The notes: a model not told the origin generated them from the letters alone. Counted from the first letter of the stretch, positions 48,181 to 59,365 are shown. The stretch is 64,000 nucleotides of DNA from Eukaryota sp. TZLM1-RC (GCA_040285825.1 JAUPSS010000001.1:434001-498000), one strand, 5' to 3'. A program made the numbers and translations.

Positions 48181-50349
48181 ATGAGTTACCAATATACATC
48201 CAAGAAGCAACATCCTACTCACTGGAATAACGGATTTGATTTAAAACCCAATAAGCTTCGCCATATCACAGAAACCATTCCATTAGCTGACCTTTCGGGA
48301 AAGCGCATAGCTTTTGATGCTATCTCCTTCTTTGAATGTATTCTCAAGGAAGTTCCTGATGGAGATGTCCTCGAAGTGTGGGCTATTGGTGGTGTGTCTC
48401 GTTATTTTAATTCTATCCTAAACAGGGTTTTGGACTCTTTTCAGCAAGTAGACATTTTCCCTATATTCGTATTCAATGGCCTATTCAACCAACGTTTCAA
48501 GTCCATTGACAACAGAAACACTTCTTCAACAGTAGCAGACGTGTACAGAACTTTTTACGAAAGTGGAAACTCCCTCTCTAACTGTGATAAGCCAATGGGT
48601 TTCAATCTCAGTCATAACAAATTACTGGAGAAGGCCAGTATTGATATTTTCCAGAAGAGAGACATTGATTACCTCTATGCTGCAGGGAAGACCACCGCTC
48701 AGTTAGCCGCCCTCCTCCATCAAGGATTAGTTGATGCTATTTATGGAAACACCTTCCTTTCCCTCTATTGTCCATCTGTCCTGATTGACTTTAAAGTCCC
48801 TTCTTCTGGTGAATCTGGCTCTGCTCCTCAATATGAATTTGCTGAACTTCAACAAAACAGGGTTGCCAAGTATCTAGGTTATTATCCCAATAGACTACTC
48901 GAAACTCATCTTTTCCTCTCAACCAAGCCTTTTGACGGATACAGCACCAAGGAAATCAGGCCTAGTGATACTGAAAGGAAAATAAGAGAGATTTCCAGAA
49001 TGGATAAGCATCCACTCCAGAAGCAGTTGAACGCTTGGTTGTACGGGGCACCTGTGTTTGATTACAGGTGCTTATTGGATGAGGGCCGGGAGGAAACTGA
49101 CTGTCTGGTGACGTTTTTGATTGATTTGGTTGACGTGACCTATGTTTCTATTATTTCCAATATAGAAGTTTTCCACAATTTACCAAAGTTTTCGAACACG
49201 ACTTGGTCATTACTAAGTCTTGGATTATTAGATACTGATGCACTGATTCACATCAACAATTCTTCATATAGAGTTGCCCAGCCTGATCTAATGACTGTGG
49301 AGTTCCAGTATGCTTACCACTATTTAAAGTCTCTCAATAACAAAACTTTTTCTCTGTTGAACGATGGATATCCAATGAAGGCCTATCCACCTAAAATTGA
49401 GGATAATGTCCCCACTGATGAAATTGGAGGTCCAGATTTTGCTTTACTAACTGGCTTCAATCTTTTCAACAAATTATCATTGAAACAGTTGTTAACCTAC
49501 TATCTAACTGAAAATGACGAGCAATTACGTCTGCCTGGACCATTTGACATTATTTGGTGGTTGAAGGAGGGTAAAACTCATCCTAAAAAGTATAAATTTA
49601 AGCCAACTGATAAGGATCTTGAAGTTTTGAAAGCTTATGTAAATGTTTGGGTCGAGTTCTTCATTGCTATTGGGTTTGTTATTATGGGAAATCAACCTCA
49701 AATTTCTGCATTTGGATTAGCTTACTACAATGTTGTTTCAGCAAATAGGCATTTTGAACATGTGATGATAGTTGTTCATCAACTATTACAAGTTCATTAT
49801 CTCAATTCAAAACCTCTCACCCTTCCAACCCAAGCCAAAACACCCAAAGATACCACTTTGTTACTTGCAAAGATCTTTAGTTTGGTTGAGTCTCCAAGAG
49901 TTGCTGGTACTTGTGAGTGGAACCAGTATCTTGACGCACACACTCGAGGATTCAGCTGCATTGTCAGTTATGTTGGTAGTTCTTTGCGGGGATTCCTCGA
50001 TGCATTGGTCATATCGCTGGAAAGTTTCAATTATTCAAAACACGTTAGTACAATGGTCGCGATGGAGTTATCACAGTACACTTTCTCAATCGATTCTTGC
50101 CTTGGCCATGTCATTACTGCAATCCTTGAAAATGAAGGCAATATTACTGATTTAAAGAAAGATTACCCTTTTGTCAGAGATATTAATGATGCAATCAAGA
50201 AAGGAATGTGTCTTGCTAATGATGTTGGTAAATACTTCAATACTGTTGCTCAATGCTGGAAGAATTGGCCCTCTGAATGGAATGAATCTGCAGCTAGTGT
50301 AGCAAAGGCCATTCCCGAGTTACTCAAGGTTGTTGATATGTTAGATTAA
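48181..50349 (+). CDS. MKT1: MKT1-like XPG/FEN1-fold post-transcriptional regulator (probably nuclease-dead)
   Basis: LSGKRIAFDA, PIFVFNG, AQLAALLHQGLVDAIYG (PIN/XPG fold lacking most acidic residues); C-terminal LLAKIFSL..W..F..V..SLR resembles MKT1_C. 722 aa. Confidence 0.7.
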   Translation: MSYQYTSKKQHPTHWNNGFDLKPNKLRHITETIPLADLSGKRIAFDAISFFECILKEVPDGDVLEVWAIGGVSRYFNSILNRVLDSFQQVDIFPIFVFNGLFNQRFKSIDNRNTSSTVADVYRTFYESGNSLSNCDKPMGFNLSHNKLLEKASIDIFQKRDIDYLYAAGKTTAQLAALLHQGLVDAIYGNTFLSLYCPSVLIDFKVPSSGESGSAPQYEFAELQQNRVAKYLGYYPNRLLETHLFLSTKPFDGYSTKEIRPSDTERKIREISRMDKHPLQKQLNAWLYGAPVFDYRCLLDEGREETDCLVTFLIDLVDVTYVSIISNIEVFHNLPKFSNTTWSLLSLGLLDTDALIHINNSSYRVAQPDLMTVEFQYAYHYLKSLNNKTFSLLNDGYPMKAYPPKIEDNVPTDEIGGPDFALLTGFNLFNKLSLKQLLTYYLTENDEQLRLPGPFDIIWWLKEGKTHPKKYKFKPTDKDLEVLKAYVNVWVEFFIAIGFVIMGNQPQISAFGLAYYNVVSANRHFEHVMIVVHQLLQVHYLNSKPLTLPTQAKTPKDTTLLLAKIFSLVESPRVAGTCEWNQYLDAHTRGFSCIVSYVGSSLRGFLDALVISLESFNYSKHVSTMVAMELSQYTFSIDSCLGHVITAILENEGNITDLKKDYPFVRDINDAIKKGMCLANDVGKYFNTVAQCWKNWPSEWNESAASVAKAIPELLKVVDMLD

Positions 50350-50484
50350 TTTGTGGTTTTTATTAAGTTTTTACACAAATAAATTTTTTTACAAACATTG
50401 GTTCATTTCAGCACTGTAAGTTCATTGGCAGTGATTTCAGCTATTTATCACGGAAATATGAAATAATAATTGGCACCTATAAAA

Positions 50485-50571
50485 CGGCACGAAGGAGGAA
50501 TCGAACCTCTGCGGGTTGCCCCGCCTACAGATTTGAAGTCTGCAACGACCACCAGGCCATGTCATCATGCC
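50485..50571 (-). tRNA. tRNA-Sec (anticodon UCA), 87 nt
   Basis: GGCATGATGACATGGCCTGGTGGTCGTTGCAGACTTCAAATCTGTAGGCGGGGCAACCCGCAGAGGTTCGATTCCTCCTTCGTGCCG: 9-bp acceptor with U-U, 6-bp D stem with 4-nt loop, 6-bp anticodon stem, long variable arm, 4-bp T stem, G73, followed by TTTT. Confidence 0.95.
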
Positions 50572-50700
50572 AACATAATGGGTTCTCAATGGTTAACGAT
50601 CTTGAAAGAAAATTACTGAAAACAGATCAAAATTATTGATACCTGCGGATGGAGAACAACTAATGTGTCTTTTGTTTGTTCAACATCACACAAGTACAAC

Positions 50701-51006
50701 ATGCAACATCAATCTCGCTTTGACAAACTCAAGTCAAAAATTCGCCGGGAACAAGCCCATGTTGACGCTGAAGAAAAAGGTAGAGAATTAGTTTGTTCTG
50801 AGGTTCCTTGTGGATCATCTACTGTCGAAGTATCTACAGGTCCTGTCACTGAAGAAGAATTTTTGGTTGTTGCTCCAGTAGGTAAGAAGAGGATTATCAG
50901 GGAACCAGTTGAAAGAGTTGTAGAAATTACTGAACCAGTTTCTGATGAAGAAACACAGGAGCAAGCCAAGGTTATAACCATGCCTCCAAAATATAGAGAG
51001 CAGTAG
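50701..51006 (+). CDS. Small hypothetical E/V-rich protein
   Basis: Open 101-aa frame from ATG 50701 with protein-like composition; no recognised motif. Confidence 0.3.
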   Translation: MQHQSRFDKLKSKIRREQAHVDAEEKGRELVCSEVPCGSSTVEVSTGPVTEEEFLVVAPVGKKRIIREPVERVVEITEPVSDEETQEQAKVITMPPKYREQ

Positions 51007-52625
51007 GCATCCCTTTTGTTAACATAAATAATCTTGATGCATGCACGTTGTACTAATAACAGTGGTATATTGTAATATTCACATGGTTAGTTTCAAGTGT
51101 AGAGCTAAATTACATATGTTTCCTAATGCAACGACGTTCATTCAATTATGGGAGGTTTAGTAAATAACTCTCCTCACCATTCGGTTGTTGATGGCTTTGG
51201 AAAAATAATTCAAATTGAGTCAATAAAACAAAGAATATCTTGAAATGACGAACCTACAGTTCTGATAATACTCATCACTGATTCAAAAACACGAACACAA
51301 TCTCCTAAAGAAGTGTTTCTGAATCAACAAAACTCGAAATGTAAATTATGTTGTTGTTAACTACAAGGGAATAGATTTGAATCAAATTAACAGAGTTCAT
51401 TCTTTAGCTGATTTGGGTTATGCAGAGTTGGAATTTAAAATGTGTTGTTTTCTTTCTCTATGCTGTGGAATTAATTAAATTGCAAAATACATTAACAAAG
51501 TCATAATCAACAATGAAATATTACTTTATAGGTGTTCGTTCGAAAAGTTCGTCGCAGATTTTTTGGACAGAAGAAAATCTTTATTTATTTCTGAGTACTA
51601 AAATTGTACACATGGGCCAGCTGTTGTACCGATAACTATACTCCTTCTTTTTATTTCTTTTCCAATTTCCATAAACGGAAGACCATCGATAGTAGCAGGA
51701 AATATTTTGAATGATTTCCAAATATTGGTTCAAGAAAAAACCATGAAGAGATTGATTGAATTTAGTCCCATTAGTTCTGATTTTATTTTGTTGAGTTTTG
51801 TAGTTCAATAAAACAACATGTTGTAACTGTTTTAAATTATGATTGGTTGAATTGAAAATTTTTAAAAACGAAAATCAAATTTGATTTCAGCGCAACAATT
51901 CAATGATATAAATGGAAGAAATCCTTTTTATTAACAATTTTGACAGAGTCTAAGAGAAGACAAAAGTTGGATTGTGAATGAGCTGACGATGGAGAGGAAT
52001 GGCAATATATGAAGAGTTTAGGGCGAGTCCAAAAATTGTTTTAAGAAAACCAACTGCAGATATAAGGTAACAAAAAGTCAAAGATGAGAAGAAAAACACG
52101 TAGAAAGAGTACATGGGGAGTCTTTAGGCTCGGAAAAGAAGGTAAGTGAGGGAAATAAGAATGATTGAAAAAAAAATCCATATAAATCACACAAGGGAGC
52201 AAAATAAGAGAGAGAGAATTGAGAGAGTAACACTTGTTGCGCAATGAGGTCTATTCAAGGTTCCGTTGCGACAATACAAGAACCTAGTTTATCAAGTGAG
52301 GGGAAAGAGAGTGAAAACTCCCAGAACCAAGTCGACGGTTAAAAACCTGCCAAAACAGGCACCCAGAAGTTGAAAATTTGGTGACAAGTGTAAAATTTGA
52401 TAGATGAGCTGCTTATTCTCACTACATGTCAGACGCCCCCCCCCCATCGTGTCACATGTATTCACTCGGTCATGTGCACTTCACTCGCTAATGACCCCTA
52501 CTGCAGTGCAACAAATTGGGACTGGCCTTCCTTTGGTCACGCATATTTGTCATGAAGCTCCTTTATTCCTTCAATCTTTTCTTTGTGAATTTTCCGTTTG
52601 CATTTAGAGTTGTAGTGGAACAAGA

Positions 52626-54400
52626 TGTATGTTATCTTTATGACCGTCATCAGCACTGGTTCTTTTCCAAAGCCTTCCACCTCTAAAGGACAACGCCAAT
52701 CACTACATATCTTTTACAATGGACTTCTTCCTGAATGCCCACAAGACAAGTCTTTTGTTTCTTTCGTTCCTAATTGAAATTCATTCAATATTTTTCTCAA
52801 TGATTGGCTGCAATCACAGAGATGCAATTTTGCTAATAGAAAAAGATTTTTCCTTACACTGCTTGTCGGGCTCGTCAATTGGCACCTAAAGTTAAGATGA
52901 GTTTACCGAAAATTTGTCAATCCTGGACAAAAAACTTCATTCGTGCTCATTGTAGAGCTCTGGCTAAAACGAATGCCTTTGCCAATTATCTTTTCCCTCT
53001 AATACCAGATGAATCCTTAGCACCTCTAGGAGCTAGTGAAATAACATAAGATCGGCAACACGTAGAAGTTGTTATTCATTCTATTCTCGAACTTTACATC
53101 AATTTCCTTCTTAATAATTCAAGAGAAAAATTCTTTTTATTAAATGCATGTAATTTTATCTTGAGTCTCTTTCAAAAATTTCCTGCCACTGCTTCTTTAC
53201 TATTTTCAAATGATAGAATCTTCTTTTCATCAAAGGAAATTGGCGTGCTTTTTCTCTGTAATCCCAAAATTTCACAATACTTATTTTTTTTCATTTGCAT
53301 TGTTGGAAAAAATTGAAAATACAAAAATTAGCTTCTCACACAGATTCCGAATTTCTTGAGGCATCTTCACAAATGTTTCAACCTTTGAAAAAATTCCCAT
53401 TGATTGAAGGATTGTATTCCAAGACAAAATTTATCAAAAATCAATGTTGAAAACGAATATTTGAACGATGTTTTTATCAAAAATTTACTATCATCAATAA
53501 AGTTGGGAAAATAGATTTAAAAAAATTTATTGAAAACCAAGGGCAGTGAGCTGCTTTTGACATTTGAAGGTAAAAAATAATGATTTAGAAAACAGATGAG
53601 CTGGACGAGCCACCGAAAAAGAAAACAAGATCAAGAAAAACAATAAAAAGTGGCCCTGATGCCATCAATACATGAAAAGTACTGCTGAAGGGCACTAAAC
53701 AAATGACCCGTCAAAGACGCAGACAACCTGTCGAAATAACACCTGAAGAACCCCTTATCAGCGTTGATCTGGGCCAATCTAGATTTTGTGGTTACTTCTT
53801 AAATGATAATCAATGTGAAATTATCCCTTGTCCAACTGGTAGAAGATACATGACAAAACCTCCACCCAGTAAACACTCCCCCAACCAATATTCCGTTCAA
53901 AATTTTAACCAATATTTGAACCATTGGAATTTGGTCAGGAGGAATGTGTACTTGACAAGTAATCGCCAGAAATGGAAAATAATTAAATTTGATAACCGCA
54001 GACGAAAAGAAGAACGGTTACGAGACAGCCTCAACAAAGCTCAAAGGCTGGCAGGACATCCTGAAAAACTCTACCTTGTCGTGGGCTCTGCTGATTTCCT
54101 TCTCAGTGCCGAAAAATCAAACGATATTAATCAGCAAGGGTTTTCAGAAAATGGTTGTGTTATCAAAAAGACGTGAAGCACTTGTCAACCAGTGAGTTTA
54201 ATACAAGCAAACTGTCCAGTTGTTGCATGGCCGAGAATATTCAAGCAGGCTCATGACAGATGCGTATTTGTACTGAGTGTCAAATAGTAGTCAAATATTA
54301 GCATGACAGAGATATTTCCGCTGCAAAAAAATTTCAAATTAAGAAAGCGGAATTGTGGCCGGAAAGCCTCATTTGCCCAGAAGTTCTGTTGAAGAGATGA
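52626..54400 (+). pseudogene. Decayed Fanzor (eukaryotic TnpB-family RuvC nuclease)
   Basis: In order, across frameshifts: IETKG (TDG-like, ~53535), ISVDLG (53757-53774), LVVG, SEFNTSKLSSCC (~54191), CTEC, HDRDISAA (54302). 5' boundary uncertain. Confidence 0.72.
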
Positions 54401-55011
54401 ATGAGGAACCTAAACAAACAGAAACTAAAACTTTGGAAAAACTTTTATTTCATTTTGATTTTTGGTATTGTATTTTTAATTTCTTTTAAAAACTTTTGAG
54501 ACCGATCTGCAATTGCCTTAGTAGTATTTGGTAGATCCACTGAGTTACAACAAGTCACGAGGATTTGTTCTGTGAAAGCAGTATGTGTATTTAAGTGAGG
54601 TAGCCATTGATGAAGATCATGATTGTCTTCGTCAAATGACGCAACATGTCTCTTACAGCCTGTGAATAGAATTTGAGAAAGTTGAAAACAGGAGTGAATT
54701 TCACAGTAACAGAGTACAAACTAGGGATGACTAAAGTGGTCCAAAATTCAAAATCTTTAAGCTTTACTTTATACTTTATATCATATTCCTTAAAATTGCT
54801 AAAGTCCCTAAAGTTGACGAGTAGAAGGTTAGAAGAACGTTGGTGCTGATTCGCCATGTACGTGTTGATGGTTTTCATTCCGTTTTTGATGAGTTTTTTG
54901 AGGAAATGAAGTGTTTTGATATCTTTGTTAACTTTTCTGTTCAAGAAGCAAACATTTTTCGTAAGTTGTGTCAAAAACATTGTTCACACTATAAAAACAA
55001 AGCGTCTTTAT

Positions 55012-56058
55012 CTACACAGCTTCTTCATGTTCCCCAATCCCTGCACTCATTAAGTTCTTCATGTCTTCACTAATAGAAGAAAATGGTAAAGATCCCCCTG
55101 TTTCAGCATCAATCCTTCCTGCTAGTTCCTCCATAATCTGCAGTGTGACTGGACCACAGACAGACATAACAGGCTTCCCGTCAATTGTATGAATGGGGCG
55201 AATCAATTGCGAAGTACTTGTTAGGAAAGCTTCCTCGGCATGACTTAGACTCCATAGTGATAAAGGTTCATGATCGTTGACAGGAATACCAAAGGATTCA
55301 CCAATTTCCAGAACTAGAGAACGAAGCATACCAGGTACTACTCCAGTATGGGGTCCTGCAGGTGGCGTATGAAGCTCTCCATTAATGAAGGCAAATACAT
55401 TGGCAAAAGTGGCCTGTGAAACGTTTCCATTGCTGTCTACAAACAGTGCATCGTCACAGTGTTGCTGTTGAGCGGCTCTCAGTGCTTGAATGTTTGGTAA
55501 CAACTGACAGCTCTTTATATCAGATCTAGCCCAACGATCGTCCTCTGCAGTGAGCAGATTAAATCCTTCCACAATCTCGGCAACACTTGGAAGTCTTGAG
55601 GGTAGACATTCAATAACAAGTGTTGGTGTTAGTACAGCAGGGGCGTTCTCTACTCCATAATTACCAGGAGTTGAACAGAGACGGACAAAGCAATCAGACA
55701 CATTGTTACGTGAAACTACACTCCTTACAGCTTGCATGAGCCTGGAACAATCAAGAGGTAGTGGGACGCCAATGCTTCTGCTGGTTTCAATGAACCTCTT
55801 ACAGTGATCTGACAGTTGAAAGGGTTGACCATTGCGGAACAGCACACTTTCGTAACATCCTGCACCATGAGTGAAGCCTAGGTCATGATAGGGAGATACC
55901 TCGTCTTCTGACTTTACTAAGCCATCAATGAAACAGTATCGAAAAGCAGTGACCTTGGATTGTTGTTTGGCAGAATCAGACCAGCCTCTAGTTGGAAATT
56001 CTTTGACTTGCTGTTCTTGTGCTCCTAATAAAGGTTCTTGTGCTCCAGTTGTCGACAT
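55012..56058 (-). CDS. PLP-dependent class IV aminotransferase (D-amino-acid transaminase / BCAT-like)
   Basis: DLGFTHGAGCYE, HCKRF, DDRWARSDIKS..LLPN (PLP lysine), ANVF, PGMLR, EEAFLTST. Confidence 0.9.
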   Translation of the reverse strand: MSTTGAQEPLLGAQEQQVKEFPTRGWSDSAKQQSKVTAFRYCFIDGLVKSEDEVSPYHDLGFTHGAGCYESVLFRNGQPFQLSDHCKRFIETSRSIGVPLPLDCSRLMQAVRSVVSRNNVSDCFVRLCSTPGNYGVENAPAVLTPTLVIECLPSRLPSVAEIVEGFNLLTAEDDRWARSDIKSCQLLPNIQALRAAQQQHCDDALFVDSNGNVSQATFANVFAFINGELHTPPAGPHTGVVPGMLRSLVLEIGESFGIPVNDHEPLSLWSLSHAEEAFLTSTSQLIRPIHTIDGKPVMSVCGPVTLQIMEELAGRIDAETGGSLPFSSISEDMKNLMSAGIGEHEEAV

Positions 56059-56407
56059 GTGTATGAATGTGGTTTTATTCAGAAAATTTACAGTAGGTGA
56101 AATCCGAAAGTCAACAGATAAGTGACGTCACCAACACTATACTTGTCCCTTGGAGGAGAACGGAAATGACTGTTAAACTTCAAAGCCAAAAGATTCATCA
56201 GCAGGAGGAGATTCTCCGACCAAAGACTTTGTTCAAAGATTCATAATCATATTGAGATATGTAACAATCCATTTTGCTCTCATTTAGATTTAAAAACGAT
56301 TCTTTACGGGTGCACAAGTAGATTATTAACCCTTAAAATGTGATGATTACTATACTAAGTTAAAATGTTTTTTCAAAATGGTGTTTTTTCTCTTTCTTTT
56401 ACTTAGT

Positions 56408-56773
56408 ATGAGTTTTTCTGCTGAACAACTGGCCCAAATCCAAAACCAAGGTGTACCCCAGCAACAGTCTGCCCAAGATGAGAAACAGCAACAAGCTGAG
56501 GAACAACGCAGACAGCTCCTTTCTTCTATACTAGAGTCAGACGCCCGAGAAAGACTTAACCGTATTGCCCTAGTTAAGCCAGAGAAGGCACGTCAGTTAG
56601 AGAACACTATCCTCCATTTGTGTCAGACGAACAAGCATGTAGGAACATTTGGAGACAACAAGTTGGTACAACTTCTTGAACAACTTGACCAAAAGAATGA
56701 GACTAAGATAAATATCAAACGTCGTCCTGTTTTTGAGGAGGATGACCTTGGAGATTTGGATGAACTTCTCTAG
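56408..56773 (+). CDS. PDCD5: Programmed cell death protein 5 (dsDNA-binding, TFAR19 family)
   Basis: QLLSSILESDARERLNRIALVKPEKARQLEN..KINIKRR. Confidence 0.93.
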   Translation: MSFSAEQLAQIQNQGVPQQQSAQDEKQQQAEEQRRQLLSSILESDARERLNRIALVKPEKARQLENTILHLCQTNKHVGTFGDNKLVQLLEQLDQKNETKINIKRRPVFEEDDLGDLDELL

Positions 56774-56892
56774 GTTTTGGATTGTCTATGTGTAATGTAA
56801 TAAAGCTGTGAAGATAAATCTTGGATGCATTTTATGAATATATCCGTTTAAACTTGTAAATCAAATAAAAGACAAATTCCACTCGTAAACAA

Positions 56893-57215
56893 CTACTGAC
56901 TCATTGCATTTGGTGCAGGAAATACTGCAGATATATTGTCTCCTTTGAGAAGGATGCTGCCTAGAATTTTGCGAGTTTGTTTCTTCACATTCAGTTCTTC
57001 AGCATCCTGTAAAACAATGTTCATAAACTCATCAAATCCTGATATAACGCCTTCTATCCTGAGATCTTTATTTTCGTATAACATAAACTGTACTCGAGCT
57101 TTCTGGAATAAGAATAGAAAAAGAAGCAAACTTCTGTGAAAAAGCGGAACAGAACTTTGATCGGACTTATCATAGAAGGAGGAAGAGGCTGTGATGCTTT
57201 TGCAGCGGAAGACAT
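56893..57215 (-). CDS. SNRPE: Small nuclear ribonucleoprotein E (exons 57215-57132 and 57102-56893; 97 aa)
   Basis: MISPIKVLFRFF joined to RVQFMLYENKDLRIEGVISGFDEFMNIVLQDAEE..GSILLKGDNIS; the exons join in frame after removing a 29-nt GT-AG intron. Confidence 0.93.
57103..57131 (-). other. 29-nt spliceosomal intron in SmE
   Basis: GTTTGCTTCTTTTTCTATTCTTATTCCAG; its removal restores the SmE reading frame. Confidence 0.85.
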
Positions 57216-57289
57216 GGTTTGTGGAAGTATGTGATGTAGGTGAAAGTGGGTTACCTTCACATTCAAATCCTATCCACCCCAAATATCTC
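57216..57289. promoter_or_regulatory. 74-bp divergent intergenic region (putative bidirectional promoter)
   Basis: Lies between the SmE ATG (57215, -) and the ATG at 57290 (+). Confidence 0.5.
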
Positions 57290-59365
57290 ATGCTGGATCC
57301 ACTCATTCAGACCCTCGACTCCCTTATTCACAGCCTATCCACACAGCTTGCTGAAGTGGATCGTTTGTCTGATATCCCTGAAGATTTTGAACATTGTTTG
57401 GCCAGCTTCAATACTGCTTTTACTGAGCTTTTATCTAATCTCTCTTCTGTTCGTCTCGCAGACAGCTTGCGAGAACTATCTAAGACAGCTCACAATGCTG
57501 CCTTACAAGTTGATAGAACCCAACAGAAGCTTCAACACACCATCAATGCTTCCATAAGAGAGGCTAACTTCCACTCAGACAAGGTCTCCTCCTTTTCCAA
57601 TCATTCTAACAAGACTAAACTTAGATTAACTCTTTCTGAACTCAACGAGCTTTCAAAAGAAGCTTGCTCAACCAACACTTCAGAAACCAAACCTCTTGTT
57701 TCAAGGATTATTAAAACAATTGAAAGAGTTAATGAAGAACACGATGTTGATTGTAGCATTAATACCACGTTGACCGATAACTCAAAAAATGTATCTAAAT
57801 TAAGCAACATTTTAGCTAACGGTCAGGACACGTTAGAAAAGTTTACGACCATCGACACTGTAATCAATGAATTCAATCAATCACTTTCCGATTTCACGGT
57901 CGATAACCTTGAATCAATCTCTTCCTCGCTAACCCGACTAACATCTTCCTTTTCTTGTACCACTTCTTCTCAACTTTCTTCTTCTGATCTTGAATGTAAG
58001 TGTGGTGGCTCTGACTGTTGTATTTTCAAAAGTAGAGCAATAGCATATGAAACAATGCTGATTAGTCATCGAACCAAGACAGTTTTTAATTGTGAAGAAT
58101 GCAAGTCGCTACGACAGAAACTTGCCGAGTTCAGAGTCAAGGTCAAAAATAGAAAAAGTTTTGTAAAGTCAACACCGCCACGTTTGCCATCACGTCATCA
58201 GACACGTCCAGATTCCTCACTTTCACTTACCTCACCCTGTTTACGGAGGTCTTCACCAACTCCACTTATAACAACCGCACAAGAGCAGACACCAGTAGAC
58301 AAAAGTCAACGAGAAGTCAAGAAAATTCAAGAGATGGAGGCTCATAATTACCCAATCAGGAAGGTGGTTTCCGTTTATTCAACTAGTCAATTCTTTGTGA
58401 TTACTGTTGACGTCATGGGAAATCTGAGGGTGTGGGTCAGAAATATGGATCAAAATCAAGATAGTCTTGTGAATTCCAACGACTCTGATGAAATTGGAAC
58501 TAATAACAGATCTTTTGAGTTTTTTTCTGAGGTAAATAACCTGGGAAACGTGTCAAATATTGCAGTCGTGGAGGTCAATCAAACCTTACTAGTTGCCGTA
58601 TCCATAAATAGTAACACAATCAAACTACTATCAATCACAATCAACTCTGATCCTCAATCAGAACTGATTGGAACTGTTGTTCCTGACGATGGTTCAGTCA
58701 TTTCACTTGCTTTTGAATCGTCCTTGGATGTTTACCCTAGATTAATTTGTGGAATGTACCAAAAACTACTTTTTCTTCGGACAGATCCTAATAATATTGA
58801 TGACGTTTTAACTGTTTCGAGAACCTTTTTCGATCACCAGGCCATGTCTTTTACCTCTTTGCAATGTTTTGGCCAAATAGTTGCTGCAGTTTCCACTTCA
58901 AGTGTTTCGTTATTTGATCTCAGAACTCCTTCTGCTGATCCAAGTCATAGGTTAATGTTTGGTCAAGGATCTTCTCCTTTGGTTGTTAAGAATCTTGATT
59001 CGTCGACTAATGCTTTGCTCTCAGTTGTGATGAGAGGTGATAGATTTTCAGATTTGAAAATTTTAGAGAAAAATTTCGATGTTCAGACATCTAGGTCTGT
59101 TTTAACTAAGGTTTTACCATTTAAATCTATCCCAAAGTTTTATTTCCGGACCCCTTCATTAGATAACACTGGAGGTGTTGGTAATGTCCTATGTGTAAAC
59201 TCTCAAGGCAATGTTCTTTACCATTGTGTAGATTATGGAGATAAGTTTGGCGTTTTGTCCAAAACTAGTTTTTCTTTCAACGTAGCTGATTTAATTGTCT
59301 CTTCTTTCGGGAATTTTGTGGTAGTAATAACTATGGATGGTAAATTGTTGGTCTATTCATTGTAG
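57290..59365 (+). CDS. Hypothetical protein with N-terminal coiled coil, Cys cluster and C-terminal WD40-like beta-propeller
   Basis: 691-aa open frame from the first ATG not overlapping SmE; helical heptads; beta-strand repeats (GNLRVW, SLFDLR, DGKLLVYSL). Confidence 0.7.
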   Translation: MLDPLIQTLDSLIHSLSTQLAEVDRLSDIPEDFEHCLASFNTAFTELLSNLSSVRLADSLRELSKTAHNAALQVDRTQQKLQHTINASIREANFHSDKVSSFSNHSNKTKLRLTLSELNELSKEACSTNTSETKPLVSRIIKTIERVNEEHDVDCSINTTLTDNSKNVSKLSNILANGQDTLEKFTTIDTVINEFNQSLSDFTVDNLESISSSLTRLTSSFSCTTSSQLSSSDLECKCGGSDCCIFKSRAIAYETMLISHRTKTVFNCEECKSLRQKLAEFRVKVKNRKSFVKSTPPRLPSRHQTRPDSSLSLTSPCLRRSSPTPLITTAQEQTPVDKSQREVKKIQEMEAHNYPIRKVVSVYSTSQFFVITVDVMGNLRVWVRNMDQNQDSLVNSNDSDEIGTNNRSFEFFSEVNNLGNVSNIAVVEVNQTLLVAVSINSNTIKLLSITINSDPQSELIGTVVPDDGSVISLAFESSLDVYPRLICGMYQKLLFLRTDPNNIDDVLTVSRTFFDHQAMSFTSLQCFGQIVAAVSTSSVSLFDLRTPSADPSHRLMFGQGSSPLVVKNLDSSTNALLSVVMRGDRFSDLKILEKNFDVQTSRSVLTKVLPFKSIPKFYFRTPSLDNTGGVGNVLCVNSQGNVLYHCVDYGDKFGVLSKTSFSFNVADLIVSSFGNFVVVITMDGKLLVYSL

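Noticed and set aside
54591-54980. 129-aa minus-strand ORF
   Set aside because: No motif, AT-rich, and starts just downstream of the aminotransferase stop; likely spurious.
56893-57306. 137-aa single-exon ORF as SmE, and the 57191 start for the neighbouring gene
   Set aside because: A spliced 97-aa model fits SmE better and removes the gene overlap.
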